Source of the DNA: Minisyncoccia bacterium
Lineage (GTDB): Bacteria > Patescibacteriota > Minisyncoccia > Phycocordibacterales > JAACPR01
Assembly (NCBI GenBank): GCA_047639165.1
Contig: JBLINH010000002.1
Coordinates: 1 to 54,640, forward strand
Length of the DNA stretch: 54,640 nucleotides
Direction: 5' to 3'
The notes beneath the pieces were generated by a model. It was not told the origin of the DNA and made no database searches. It saw nothing but the letters and a program-made list of their open reading frames with translations. Shown piece by piece: positions 47,321 to 54,523 of the stretch. Position 1 is the stretch's first letter. Each line of letters begins with the position of its first letter. The translations under genes were made by a program, and so were the position numbers.

Positions 47321-48427
47321 CTAAAACTTCAAGTTTCCTTCAGCTTTTATCTCAGGATTAATTTCTCCTTTCTCTTTGTTAAGGTATCCAGCCATTGCGA
47401 TCATAACTCCGTTGTCAGTTGAAAGATCTTTTTCTGGGAAGTATACATTTCCAAGAGTTTTGAGATTTTCTCTAATATAGTCGTTAGCAATTACACCACC
47501 ACCGACAATCAGTGTAGTTGAATTAGATTCTTCTAAAGCTTTTATTGTCTTTTTCATTAAAATATCAACAACCGCTTGTTCAAACTCTTTGGCTATTATT
47601 TTCTTTTTTGTTTCGTCTAGTTCTCCAATTTTTTTTATCGTGTACAAGACTGCGGTTTTCAACCCTGAGAATGAGAAGTTCAAATCTTTCGTATGCAGCA
47701 TTGGACGTGGGAGAGTGATATTTCCATCCATAAGCTTTTCGTCTCTACCTTCTTTTGCAAGTTTTGATATCTCTGGACCTCCAGGGTATGGAAGACCTAT
47801 CATTCTTGCTACTTTGTCATATGCTTCACCGACAGCGTCATCTACCGTTTGTCCCAGCAGATTATATTCTCCCCAGTTAGATATCCTTATTATCTCAGTG
47901 TGCCCGCCAGAGATTAGGAGTGATACAGCGGGGAAGTCTTTTACCTCAGTATTCAAAAGAGCTGAAACCATATGACCTTCCATGTGGTTTACAGGTACAA
48001 GGGGAATATTCCAAGCTGTTGAAAGAGCTTTAGCAAAGTTTATCCCTACCCAAAGTGCTGGTTCAAGACCTGGACCATATGTTACAGCTATGAGATCAAC
48101 ATCAGGTTTTTTGTGAGTTTCTATATACTCCTTAAATATTTCAAAAAGTTCAGGCTCTCTTTCTAGAATATTTTGTATTACGTCCCAATCGATGTTGTTA
48201 GTCTCCTCAGTTCCTTCGATGAGAGAATCAAGAAGAGGAACTAGATTTCTGGCATGCTCTCTTTTGGCAAGAGTAGGGTATACACCACCGTATTCTCTGT
48301 GCAGTTCTATTTGAGAGTTTAATGCTGTGTTCAGTATCTTAAAAGATAGAGAGGTTTTCTCTCCTTCTGCTTCTATTAAAGATAGGGCTGTCTCATCACA
48401 AGATGTTTCGATTCCTAGTATTTTCAT
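47321..48427 (-). CDS. tsaD: tRNA N6-adenosine threonylcarbamoyltransferase TsaD
   Basis: MKILGIETSCDETA, HMEGH and GGGVIAN. Confidence 0.93.
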   Translation of the reverse strand: MKILGIETSCDETALSLIEAEGEKTSLSFKILNTALNSQIELHREYGGVYPTLAKREHARNLVPLLDSLIEGTEETNNIDWDVIQNILEREPELFEIFKEYIETHKKPDVDLIAVTYGPGLEPALWVGINFAKALSTAWNIPLVPVNHMEGHMVSALLNTEVKDFPAVSLLISGGHTEIIRISNWGEYNLLGQTVDDAVGEAYDKVARMIGLPYPGGPEISKLAKEGRDEKLMDGNITLPRPMLHTKDLNFSFSGLKTAVLYTIKKIGELDETKKKIIAKEFEQAVVDILMKKTIKALEESNSTTLIVGGGVIANDYIRENLKTLGNVYFPEKDLSTDNGVMIAMAGYLNKEKGEINPEIKAEGNLKF

Positions 48428-48482
48428 ACATGATTTATATATCACTTGAGTGGTGGTGGCAATAGTGGTAGTTTATATATAA

Positions 48483-48707
48483 ATGAGCACAAAGCAAAAG
48501 CAGGTTATTTGGAGGTGGTTAAATACCTTTCACAATAGGGGGTATTATAACCTTAAAATAGAAGGAGAGATGCATACCACTGATACTGTTGAGGAAGTCT
48601 CTGGAGCATTTGAAGCTATATTAAAAGCTTCACATTGCACTCAACAACACAGATATCAGGAGGCAAAAAGAACACTTAAATATTTTAACAAGAAAGCCAC
48701 CGCTTAA
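48483..48707 (+). CDS. hypothetical protein, 74 aa
   Basis: ATG start. The terminator hairpin (48693-48724) overlaps its stop. Confidence 0.45.
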   Translation: MSTKQKQVIWRWLNTFHNRGYYNLKIEGEMHTTDTVEEVSGAFEAILKASHCTQQHRYQEAKRTLKYFNKKATA

Positions 48708-48728
48708 TGCGGTGGCTTTATTTATATA

Positions 48729-48766
48729 AAAAAGCCCTGTGTGCTAAGTGCACACAGGGCTTTGGA
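48729..48766 (-). terminator. rho-independent terminator for a minus-strand transcript
   Basis: Stem gccctgtgtgc / gcacacagggc with T6 on the minus strand, lying just downstream of the 34-aa minus-strand micro-ORF. Confidence 0.7.
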
Positions 48767-48777
48767 AAAACTTACAA

Positions 48778-48882
48778 TTACTTTATAACAAAGTTATAAA
48801 TAGTATCCTCGAGTATTTCCTGTATCTCTAACACCTCTTTAGTGGGTTCTGGTGAATTATTATTAGTACTATCTAAGCTCAT
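48778..48882 (-). CDS. micro-ORF, 34 aa, acidic (MSLDSTNNNSPEPTKEVLEIQEILEDTIYNFVIK)
   Basis: Hand-translated, with its own downstream terminator. It is divergent from the 45-aa ORF. Confidence 0.3.
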   Translation of the reverse strand: MSLDSTNNNSPEPTKEVLEIQEILEDTIYNFVIK

Positions 48883-48942
48883 ATAAGTAGAGAGTAAAAA
48901 ACATCCACCTTCACCTTTATAATAATCTGGTATTATTACTAA

Positions 48943-49080
48943 ATGACTAAAGAGAAATATTGGAAAAAAAGAGGTGGTCTAGGCTTGTTACATGATCTTC
49001 CTGAAGAAGAAAAACGTATACTTAATTCACTCGTTCTATTTAAAACAATAAAAGAGTATGCGCTTTTAATCAGTATTTAA
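48943..49080 (+). CDS. micro-ORF, 45 aa, helix-turn-helix-like (MTKEKYWKKRGGLGLLHDLPEEEKRILNSLVLFKTIKEYALLISI)
   Basis: Hand-translated, lying 19 nt upstream of the 605-aa gene. LPEEEKRILNSLVLFKTIKEYA parallels LSEKDISILNSYTEFDTIDNFA in the N-terminus of that protein. Confidence 0.35.
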   Translation: MTKEKYWKKRGGLGLLHDLPEEEKRILNSLVLFKTIKEYALLISI

Positions 49081-49099
49081 TAAATGATAGAATATATCA

Positions 49100-50917
49100 A
49101 TGGAAAAATATGTAAAAAATCCTTTCTTGAACTCTTCAAATTTAAATTTATCAGAAAAGGACATAAGTATACTAAACTCCTATACTGAATTTGATACAAT
49201 TGATAATTTTGCCGAAAAATATTGCGAGGAGAAAGAAATAAGTAAATATCTCCATATACTTCTTTACTCAAAAAAATATACCCACCTGTTGATAGCAAAA
49301 ATTGCCAGATTATTGTTATCAAAAATGGTACCAGTAAATAAGCAGGTTGTAGATTCTGTAAAAAAGAAATTAGAGGAATTTAGAGATGAGGAATATTTAG
49401 TTTCAGATAAAGAAGTGGAGACAATTGTATATAAAGAAAAAATAGAGCAGGAAAAAGAAAAGCAAAAAATTGATTATATTTGTATTCCTACAGCAAATAG
49501 ACCTGATAGTCTGAAAGAAGTTTTAGAAAGTTTTTTAAGTTTCGAAAAAAGTAAAGATTATTCCTTTATAATAAGCGACGATAGTACTGATGAAAAAATA
49601 AAAAGTAAAACTATACAAATATTAAAATCTTTTAGAAATAGGTTTAATAAAATATATTATATTGATGAAAAAATAAGATCTGAAGCTGTAAAAAATATTC
49701 ATACAAAAATAAAAAGTAATAAGGAGATTATAGAATTCGGATTATTAAAACATAAAGATATTTTTTCAGTCGGTGCATCGAGAAATTTTCTAACTCTAGC
49801 AACTGCTGGTAAAAAGATTGTAGAAATAGACGATGATGTTATGTCTGGAGATATTAGATCTTTCGCAAAAAAAGATGATGTTCGTTGTACCTATCAGTAT
49901 CCTTTTCAACAAAAAAGATTCTCTAAACTTGAAGATATAAAAGGAGAAAAAATAAAAAAGGATTTTCTGGAAATTTATGAAAGGGTTCTTTCTGAAAAAC
50001 CAAGCTCCATTATAAAAAAAGATAATTTTGTACTTGAGTCATTAAATCAAAATAGTTTAAAAAGCTTACTCGAGGGGAGAGCAACGATAAAGCTTGCTAC
50101 TATGGGACATTTTGGTGATTCAGCAACAAACTCACAAGATCTATTTTTAAAAACTAATTACAAAGAAAGTGACCATATATCGAAACTAAGTGATAAAGAA
50201 TATCTAAGATTAAGAAATGCTGAATATTTCGTAAATCAATCAAAAACAGATCTTTTATACAGTGGAAGCTCTTTCGTTAGTCTAAATTTTGCTCTAGATA
50301 ATAGACAAATTTCTCCGTTTTTTTCTCCACTTGGAAGAGGGGATGAGATCACTTTTTTAAGTTCATTTGAGTTTTGTCATTTTGAGAATATTCAATATTA
50401 CCTCAAAGAGTGCATTCTACACAAAAGACCTGATGGAAAAAATCTGCTCAAAACTAAAATAGAAAAAAGTAAAGTATATCCACCCCTTCTTATCCATAGT
50501 CTAATAACAAATAGTTCAAGTGAGATATTTGAATATGACAGTACTGAAAAAGAAAGATACATTAAAATCGGACAATATCTTGAGGATATAGGAAAGATGA
50601 ACACTGATAACTTTAAGAAGAATTTATTACCTGCTTACAAAAAAATTATTTCAAGTTTATATTATTTTACTGATTTAGCATTTTTCTTAAATAAAGATTG
50701 TAATAAAAGTTATAAAAAAGATCTTAAAAAAGATTATAAAAATTTATCAAAATTTAATACAGATGAATTAAAAGTTGGTTGGCATGAAAAAAGTGAAAAC
50801 ATGGGCATTTATGAAATTAGAGACCTTATATTAAAATTCGGGAAGTTTTATAAAATTTGGCCACAAATGTGGGAACTTTCAAAAGAAGGGGAGATTAAAT
50901 TTATGAGGGAAATATAA
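49100..50917 (+). CDS. 605-aa Lys-rich protein with an N-terminal HTH-like segment, a GT-A (GT2-like) glycosyltransferase core and a large uncharacterised C-terminal region
   Basis: IDYICIPTANRPDSLKEVLESF, FIISDDSTDE and VEIDDDV (DxD) are GT-A hallmarks. The coding sequence is visibly more AT-rich than its neighbours. Confidence 0.6.
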   Translation: MEKYVKNPFLNSSNLNLSEKDISILNSYTEFDTIDNFAEKYCEEKEISKYLHILLYSKKYTHLLIAKIARLLLSKMVPVNKQVVDSVKKKLEEFRDEEYLVSDKEVETIVYKEKIEQEKEKQKIDYICIPTANRPDSLKEVLESFLSFEKSKDYSFIISDDSTDEKIKSKTIQILKSFRNRFNKIYYIDEKIRSEAVKNIHTKIKSNKEIIEFGLLKHKDIFSVGASRNFLTLATAGKKIVEIDDDVMSGDIRSFAKKDDVRCTYQYPFQQKRFSKLEDIKGEKIKKDFLEIYERVLSEKPSSIIKKDNFVLESLNQNSLKSLLEGRATIKLATMGHFGDSATNSQDLFLKTNYKESDHISKLSDKEYLRLRNAEYFVNQSKTDLLYSGSSFVSLNFALDNRQISPFFSPLGRGDEITFLSSFEFCHFENIQYYLKECILHKRPDGKNLLKTKIEKSKVYPPLLIHSLITNSSSEIFEYDSTEKERYIKIGQYLEDIGKMNTDNFKKNLLPAYKKIISSLYYFTDLAFFLNKDCNKSYKKDLKKDYKNLSKFNTDELKVGWHEKSENMGIYEIRDLILKFGKFYKIWPQMWELSKEGEIKFMREI

Positions 50918-50920
50918 ACT

Positions 50921-51264
50921 TTAATCTAATCCGCAAAATCTCCCTCTTGCCCAAGCTCTTTCAACACTACAGAATCCAATCTCATTAACAAGTTTTCCAT
51001 CTTCCTGTAACTCAATTTGCTCTATTACTCCTTCCTTTATTGCTTTAGTCCAAGCTTTTCTAGGTCCTCATTCGTAAATTCTCTTGATAAATAAGCTAAA
51101 CACGTAAAAGACTTGCCTAGCTCCTCTAGGGCAAGTTCCGCCAAACCAAGTGCGATTTGCTTTTGATCGGTATGTATAAGTGAAATAACGCTACTAGTTA
51201 GTGAACCAGCATTTTTAATTGTTGCATCAAAAAGTTTTTCTAGATCAGGTAATTTTTTAGTCAT
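50921..51264 (-). pseudogene. Abi-like (AbiV-type, tentative) gene split by a frameshift
   Basis: MTKKLPDLEKLFDATIKNAGSLTSSVISLIHTDQKQIALGLAELALEELGKSF resembles the AbiV N-terminal helix pair. The frame stops at 51037, and a shifted frame continues KEGVIEQIELQEDGKLVNEIGFCSVERAWARGRFCGLD to 50921. Confidence 0.35.
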
Positions 51265-51422
51265 ATTATTTAACCCCTCTCGAGCACTCACACTACCTCT
51301 CTCTTCTGTGAGCCTTCTCTAGCTCGGACTAAGCAAATTCATTGCAGGGTAAAGCTTTTTTAACTATCATAATGAAATTCAAAACGACCCATCTCGAGCA
51401 CTCGAACTAGTACTCTTCTTTT

Positions 51423-51453
51423 GTGACCCTAAAGTGTGGCTTTCAGAACTTGT
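51423..51453 (-). repeat. inter-cassette element copy C (most degenerate)
   Basis: The plus-strand sequence gtgaccctaaagtgtggctttcagaacttgt matches copy A at 25/31 positions. Confidence 0.6.
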
Positions 51454-51536
51454 ACCGTATAGGGAGTATATCAAATTGAGTGCTGAAACACTGTCAGATA
51501 TGCTCGCTTCAGTATAAATAAAATGCCATAAATCTA

Positions 51537-52226
51537 TTATTTTTGCTTCGTACAATAAGAGATTAGTCGTGAAAGTACATCTATACAGTCAATCACACTG
51601 CCTGTTAAATTGTGTGCTGCGTCTTTTATTTCGCACACAAGCCGTTCTCGGGATGAAGTAGCCCTGGCGATAATTTTATCCTGAGACTCTTTCGGCACTA
51701 CTGTGTCATTTGTGCCTCTGACAAATACGAATGTTCCGCCATAGGATTGCAGTGATGACAAAAGATATTCTTCGCTTGGCATCGTGACAAGTAGTGGTTT
51801 GGTGGTTGTCGGGCTTTTACCACAACCGCTTCCGATCATGATGACCGCTTTAGCTTTTTGTAATAATTCTGGCAATGCAAGCAAGAGCGTTCCGCCGAAT
51901 GAATTACCGACAATAGTGACTTTGTGTTCTTTGGAGATGAGCCCTTCTTGTAAGCAGGCATCAAAACCTTTTTGTATGTCTTCACATTCTTGTTCGAATG
52001 TTTTACCCACAAATGCTTCTAGGGTGTCGGACAGTAAGGCGCCATCTACATCTAATCGGGCAGTGTTGATACATATAAAGTTATACGAGCCCCTGCAGGA
52101 TGAAATGAGTGACATCTCCCACGAATCGGTCGTGCTAGGGTCATGCAATCCATAAATGCCTTTCAAAAATACGACAGTGTTGGTGACTGGACTTGATGAC
52201 TCATACCAAAAAACTTCTATTGGCAA
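51537..52226 (-). CDS. alpha/beta hydrolase (Ser-Asp-His type)
   Basis: Nucleophile elbow VGNSFGG, NDTVVP and AAHNL. The start is TTG, with no ATG nearby. Confidence 0.6.
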   Translation of the reverse strand: MPIEVFWYESSSPVTNTVVFLKGIYGLHDPSTTDSWEMSLISSCRGSYNFICINTARLDVDGALLSDTLEAFVGKTFEQECEDIQKGFDACLQEGLISKEHKVTIVGNSFGGTLLLALPELLQKAKAVIMIGSGCGKSPTTTKPLLVTMPSEEYLLSSLQSYGGTFVFVRGTNDTVVPKESQDKIIARATSSRERLVCEIKDAAHNLTGSVIDCIDVLSRLISYCTKQK

Positions 52227-52328
52227 CGAATGAAAAGACGATGTGAGAGAAAGCTTCTTTACCGCTATCTTCTTCGATACTCTCTTTTTTTTGCGGTATT
52301 TATTTTACTAAATTTTTCTAGACTCATG

Positions 52329-52445
52329 TATGGTATTTATACCATTTGGCTCATATTTTAACTAGTGAGCCTACAGGGTGGCTTTCCGAACTTTTATACT
52401 ACAAAGAGGGGATTAGGGTTTAGTATAGAGAAAATGAAAACACTG
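52329..52445 (-). repeat. inter-cassette element copy B
   Basis: The core gtgagcctacagggtggctttccgaactttt (52366-52396) matches copy A at 28/31 positions. Similarity extends on both sides (tggtat.ttata...ggct and gtttagtatagaga). Confidence 0.65.
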
Positions 52446-52447
52446 CT

Positions 52448-53224
52448 CTAAATCTCATTCATGTCGGTGTCAAAACGAATAGCATATGCAAGTTTATGAC
52501 CAACAAAATTTTGCATAGAATATTTTTTGGAATATTTATCAATATTTTCACTCATTTTTAATACATCTTCTTTATTAAAGTATTTCCACTCACGGTTTTG
52601 TAATCCTATCGAAAGCATGTTTGAGTCATCAGGGGTGGCCTTTATGGCTTCTTCAAAGCTACCGTGTGTTTCTATTTCCTGAGGAAGATTACGACTATAA
52701 CGAAACAAGGCGGAATATTCAGCCAGCAGCTCTTTAATTGCGGCTAGTTCGCTAGAGTATTTTTCTTTAAAACTTTCAAGCCTTGGCTCTTTGTCTTCCC
52801 TTCTTTGTTTTAGTTCTTCATCGTATGATCTGCTATAAGCTGTAAGTGTAAACAGACTTAAAAACAAATCTTTGTCCTGTTCATCAACGATATCTCTTTC
52901 AACTAAATCTTTAAAAATGAAGTTTCTGAGCACACCTCCTATTCTAAAAGCTGAATCGTAACATCTCGCATCAATCAATTGCTTTGGAAATTCATGACCT
53001 CTTTCTTGCATAAAACTTGAGGCTATTGGTTTTCTGTGGATTATACAGTCGCCGTACAAAGAATAGACCTCATCAATATTTTCTAAATGTCTTTCATCCA
53101 CACTCTCTACTTCTCCATCCTTGATAGTAATATCACTTATTAATTTATCTTGTTCTTGCGATAGTATTTCTCCCTCAGCTTCCACTAAATGCTCCCAAAA
53201 ATTATCATCTAAAACATTTTCCAC
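52448..53224 (-). CDS. hypothetical protein, 258 aa
   Basis: Long ORF with a GTG start. No recognisable domain. Confidence 0.5.
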   Translation of the reverse strand: MENVLDDNFWEHLVEAEGEILSQEQDKLISDITIKDGEVESVDERHLENIDEVYSLYGDCIIHRKPIASSFMQERGHEFPKQLIDARCYDSAFRIGGVLRNFIFKDLVERDIVDEQDKDLFLSLFTLTAYSRSYDEELKQRREDKEPRLESFKEKYSSELAAIKELLAEYSALFRYSRNLPQEIETHGSFEEAIKATPDDSNMLSIGLQNREWKYFNKEDVLKMSENIDKYSKKYSMQNFVGHKLAYAIRFDTDMNEI

Positions 53225-53275
53225 ATCTTTTTCAATAAGGCTATTATATACACGCTCAGAAATAGACCTTAAATA

Positions 53276-53473
53276 TTATTTTTGAAAATCATAAATATCG
53301 CCCTGCATTTCTTCTAGCGCAACAAAACCTTTTTCAATTATCTGTTCTTTTAGTCCAGGTATAGCTTCTTCCTCAACCCCTTCTATAATTTCTGGAGTAG
53401 AAGAATCTAGTTCATTTTCGTCTTTATTCTCCTTCGAATTAGCACACATTGCTTCATTTGGTATTTTTTCCAT
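53276..53473 (-). CDS. small acidic protein, 65 aa (MEKIPNEAMCANSKENKDENELDSSTPEIIEGVEEEAIPGLKEQIIEKGFVALEEMQGDIYDFQK)
   Basis: An internal ATG was chosen because the track's longer N-terminus (to 53599) is a translation of the repeat elements. Confidence 0.45.
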   Translation of the reverse strand: MEKIPNEAMCANSKENKDENELDSSTPEIIEGVEEEAIPGLKEQIIEKGFVALEEMQGDIYDFQK

Positions 53474-53494
53474 ATCTATATATCTTATATAAAG

Positions 53495-53530
53495 TTCACA
53501 ACATTCACAACATTCACAAGGTTCACGAAT
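53495..53530. repeat. four tandem 9-mers TTCACAACA / TTCACAACA / TTCACAAGG / TTCACGAAT
   Basis: Read directly. The array abuts the 68-bp direct repeat, and a further TTCACAATG lies at 53681-53689. Confidence 0.8.
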
Positions 53531-53531
53531 A

Positions 53532-53599
53532 GTTCGGAACAAGTTTAGTGGTATGTTTTTATATGGCTTAAATAAAGGCTTAAAAATTTGTGACCCCAC
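53532..53599 (-). repeat. 68-bp direct repeat, distal copy
   Basis: Identical at 67 of 68 positions to 54456..54523. Its last 9 nt (minus sense GTGGGGTCA) equal the tRNA-Glu 3' end. Confidence 0.9.
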
Positions 53600-53668
53600 G
53601 GGGTGGCTTTCCGAACTTTTGGGGTATGGGAAGAGTGTGAGTTTTAGTATGAGAGAGTTGAATGGGGT
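53590..53668 (-). repeat. inter-cassette element copy A
   Basis: Minus sense: ACCCCATTCAACTCTCTCATACTAAAACTC...AAAAGTTCGGAAAGCCACCCCGTGGGGTCAC. Its ends are complementary (ACCCCA/TGGGGT). Confidence 0.7.
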
Positions 53669-53713
53669 AGTTATATAATGTTCACAATGTTAACGTTTAG
53701 TATAAAAGAAAAG

Positions 53714-53750
53714 AACGCCGTACCCGAAGGTCGTGCGTTCTGTTTGAAAG
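53714..53750 (-). terminator. terminator of the 151-aa gene
   Basis: Minus strand: agaacgc-acgaccttcgggtacg-gcgttct followed by TTTTCTTTT. Confidence 0.65.
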
Positions 53751-53798
53751 TTTTAAGAGGATAGAACTCTTTGGTTACTTCACCGAGCAGATGTACTG

Positions 53799-54254
53799 CT
53801 ATTTAAAAAGTTCATGTTCATTCAAGAACTCCTCAGTCGTACTCTCTGTGGTGTAAACCTTAACAGAGTTAGTAAAGATGTCAGGGCTGATTTCTCCTCC
53901 ACTAACACCAACGAGAGAGAATGCTAGAACTCTTTGGTCGAAACCAAAGTTGGTCCATGCTATGTACTCTTTTCCATTCAGTCTCACCACAGACTCCTTT
54001 CCTAATTGGAAGTCGCTAATAACTTCCACGTTGGTTACTGGTGTGACAGGTTCTTCTGAAGGTCTTATGTAAGAGACCCCCCCATTAGGCGCAAATGGTA
54101 CGTGCCACATGTCGCCCTTTATCTGTGCTGGTCTGTGCGTCCCACTTACAGGACAGCGTTCATGAGTCAGAAAGGGGAAATCTTTCCATAAGTCAGATTC
54201 TCCATTAAAACCAACGAGAGAGAAATGTGTGAGTGTAATACGTTTTGTTATCAT
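53799..54254 (-). CDS. hypothetical protein, 151 aa, with an internal FSLVG(F/V)xGxE repeat
   Basis: ATG start with its own promoter and terminator. No recognisable domain. Confidence 0.55.
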   Translation of the reverse strand: MITKRITLTHFSLVGFNGESDLWKDFPFLTHERCPVSGTHRPAQIKGDMWHVPFAPNGGVSYIRPSEEPVTPVTNVEVISDFQLGKESVVRLNGKEYIAWTNFGFDQRVLAFSLVGVSGGEISPDIFTNSVKVYTTESTTEEFLNEHELFK

Positions 54255-54384
54255 GGCGGTAAATTGAGTATGGTTTGAAGGACAATAATCGGTTTAGCTG
54301 ATGCTAAGTTATCAATTACAATCTTTCTTCCAAACTCAATTAACCATTTCTATCCTTTACAAAGAACCTTACTTGACTATCTTA

Positions 54385-54413
54385 AGTATATCATGTTTAG
54401 AGTGTTCTGTCAA
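54385..54413 (-). promoter_or_regulatory. sigma70-type promoter TTGACA-17 nt-TATACT
   Basis: On the minus strand the -35 box TTGACA is at 54413-54408 and the -10 box TATACT at 54390-54385, about 130 nt upstream of the 151-aa gene. Confidence 0.55.
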
Positions 54414-54455
54414 TACCACGTTATGGTTCAATATCTTTGTAATACTTAAGTAAAG

Positions 54456-54523
54456 GTTCGGAACAAGTTTAGGGGTATGTTTTTATATGGCTTAAATAAA
54501 GGCTTAAAAATTTGTGACCCCAC
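54456..54523 (-). repeat. 68-bp direct repeat, tRNA-proximal copy
   Basis: It overlaps the last 9 nt of tRNA-Glu and the 59 nt downstream of it. Confidence 0.9.

Noticed and set aside
48693-48703. The plus-strand sequence GAAAGCCACC at the left island border matches the GAAAGCCACC core of elements A and B, which lies on the minus strand. It could mark an inverted boundary copy.
   Set aside because: Only 10 nt are shared, they form part of an ordinary terminator stem, and the chance expectation is not negligible.
53495-53530. A CRISPR array.
   Set aside because: The only tandem repeats are contiguous 9-mers with no spacers. No repeat-spacer architecture or cas genes occur anywhere in the window.
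53276-53599. The 107-aa ORF from the track, starting MGSQIFKPLFKPYK...CECCECCE.
   Set aside because: Its N-terminal 42 codons translate the 68-bp repeat and the 9-mer tandem array. The internal ATG at 53473 was used instead.
53590-53668. Element A as a genuine second tRNA or pseudo-tRNA. Its ends ACCCCA/TGGGGT pair like an acceptor stem and it contains GTTCG.
   Set aside because: The interior cannot be folded into D, anticodon or T arms, and apart from the ends it shows no similarity to tRNA-Glu.
51423-54523. Calling the cassette array a classical integron or CALIN.
   Set aside because: There is no IntI gene in the window, and the repeat lacks the canonical RYYYAAC/GTTRRRY boxes. The first unit has its own promoter. 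The resemblance is therefore only noted as an analogy.
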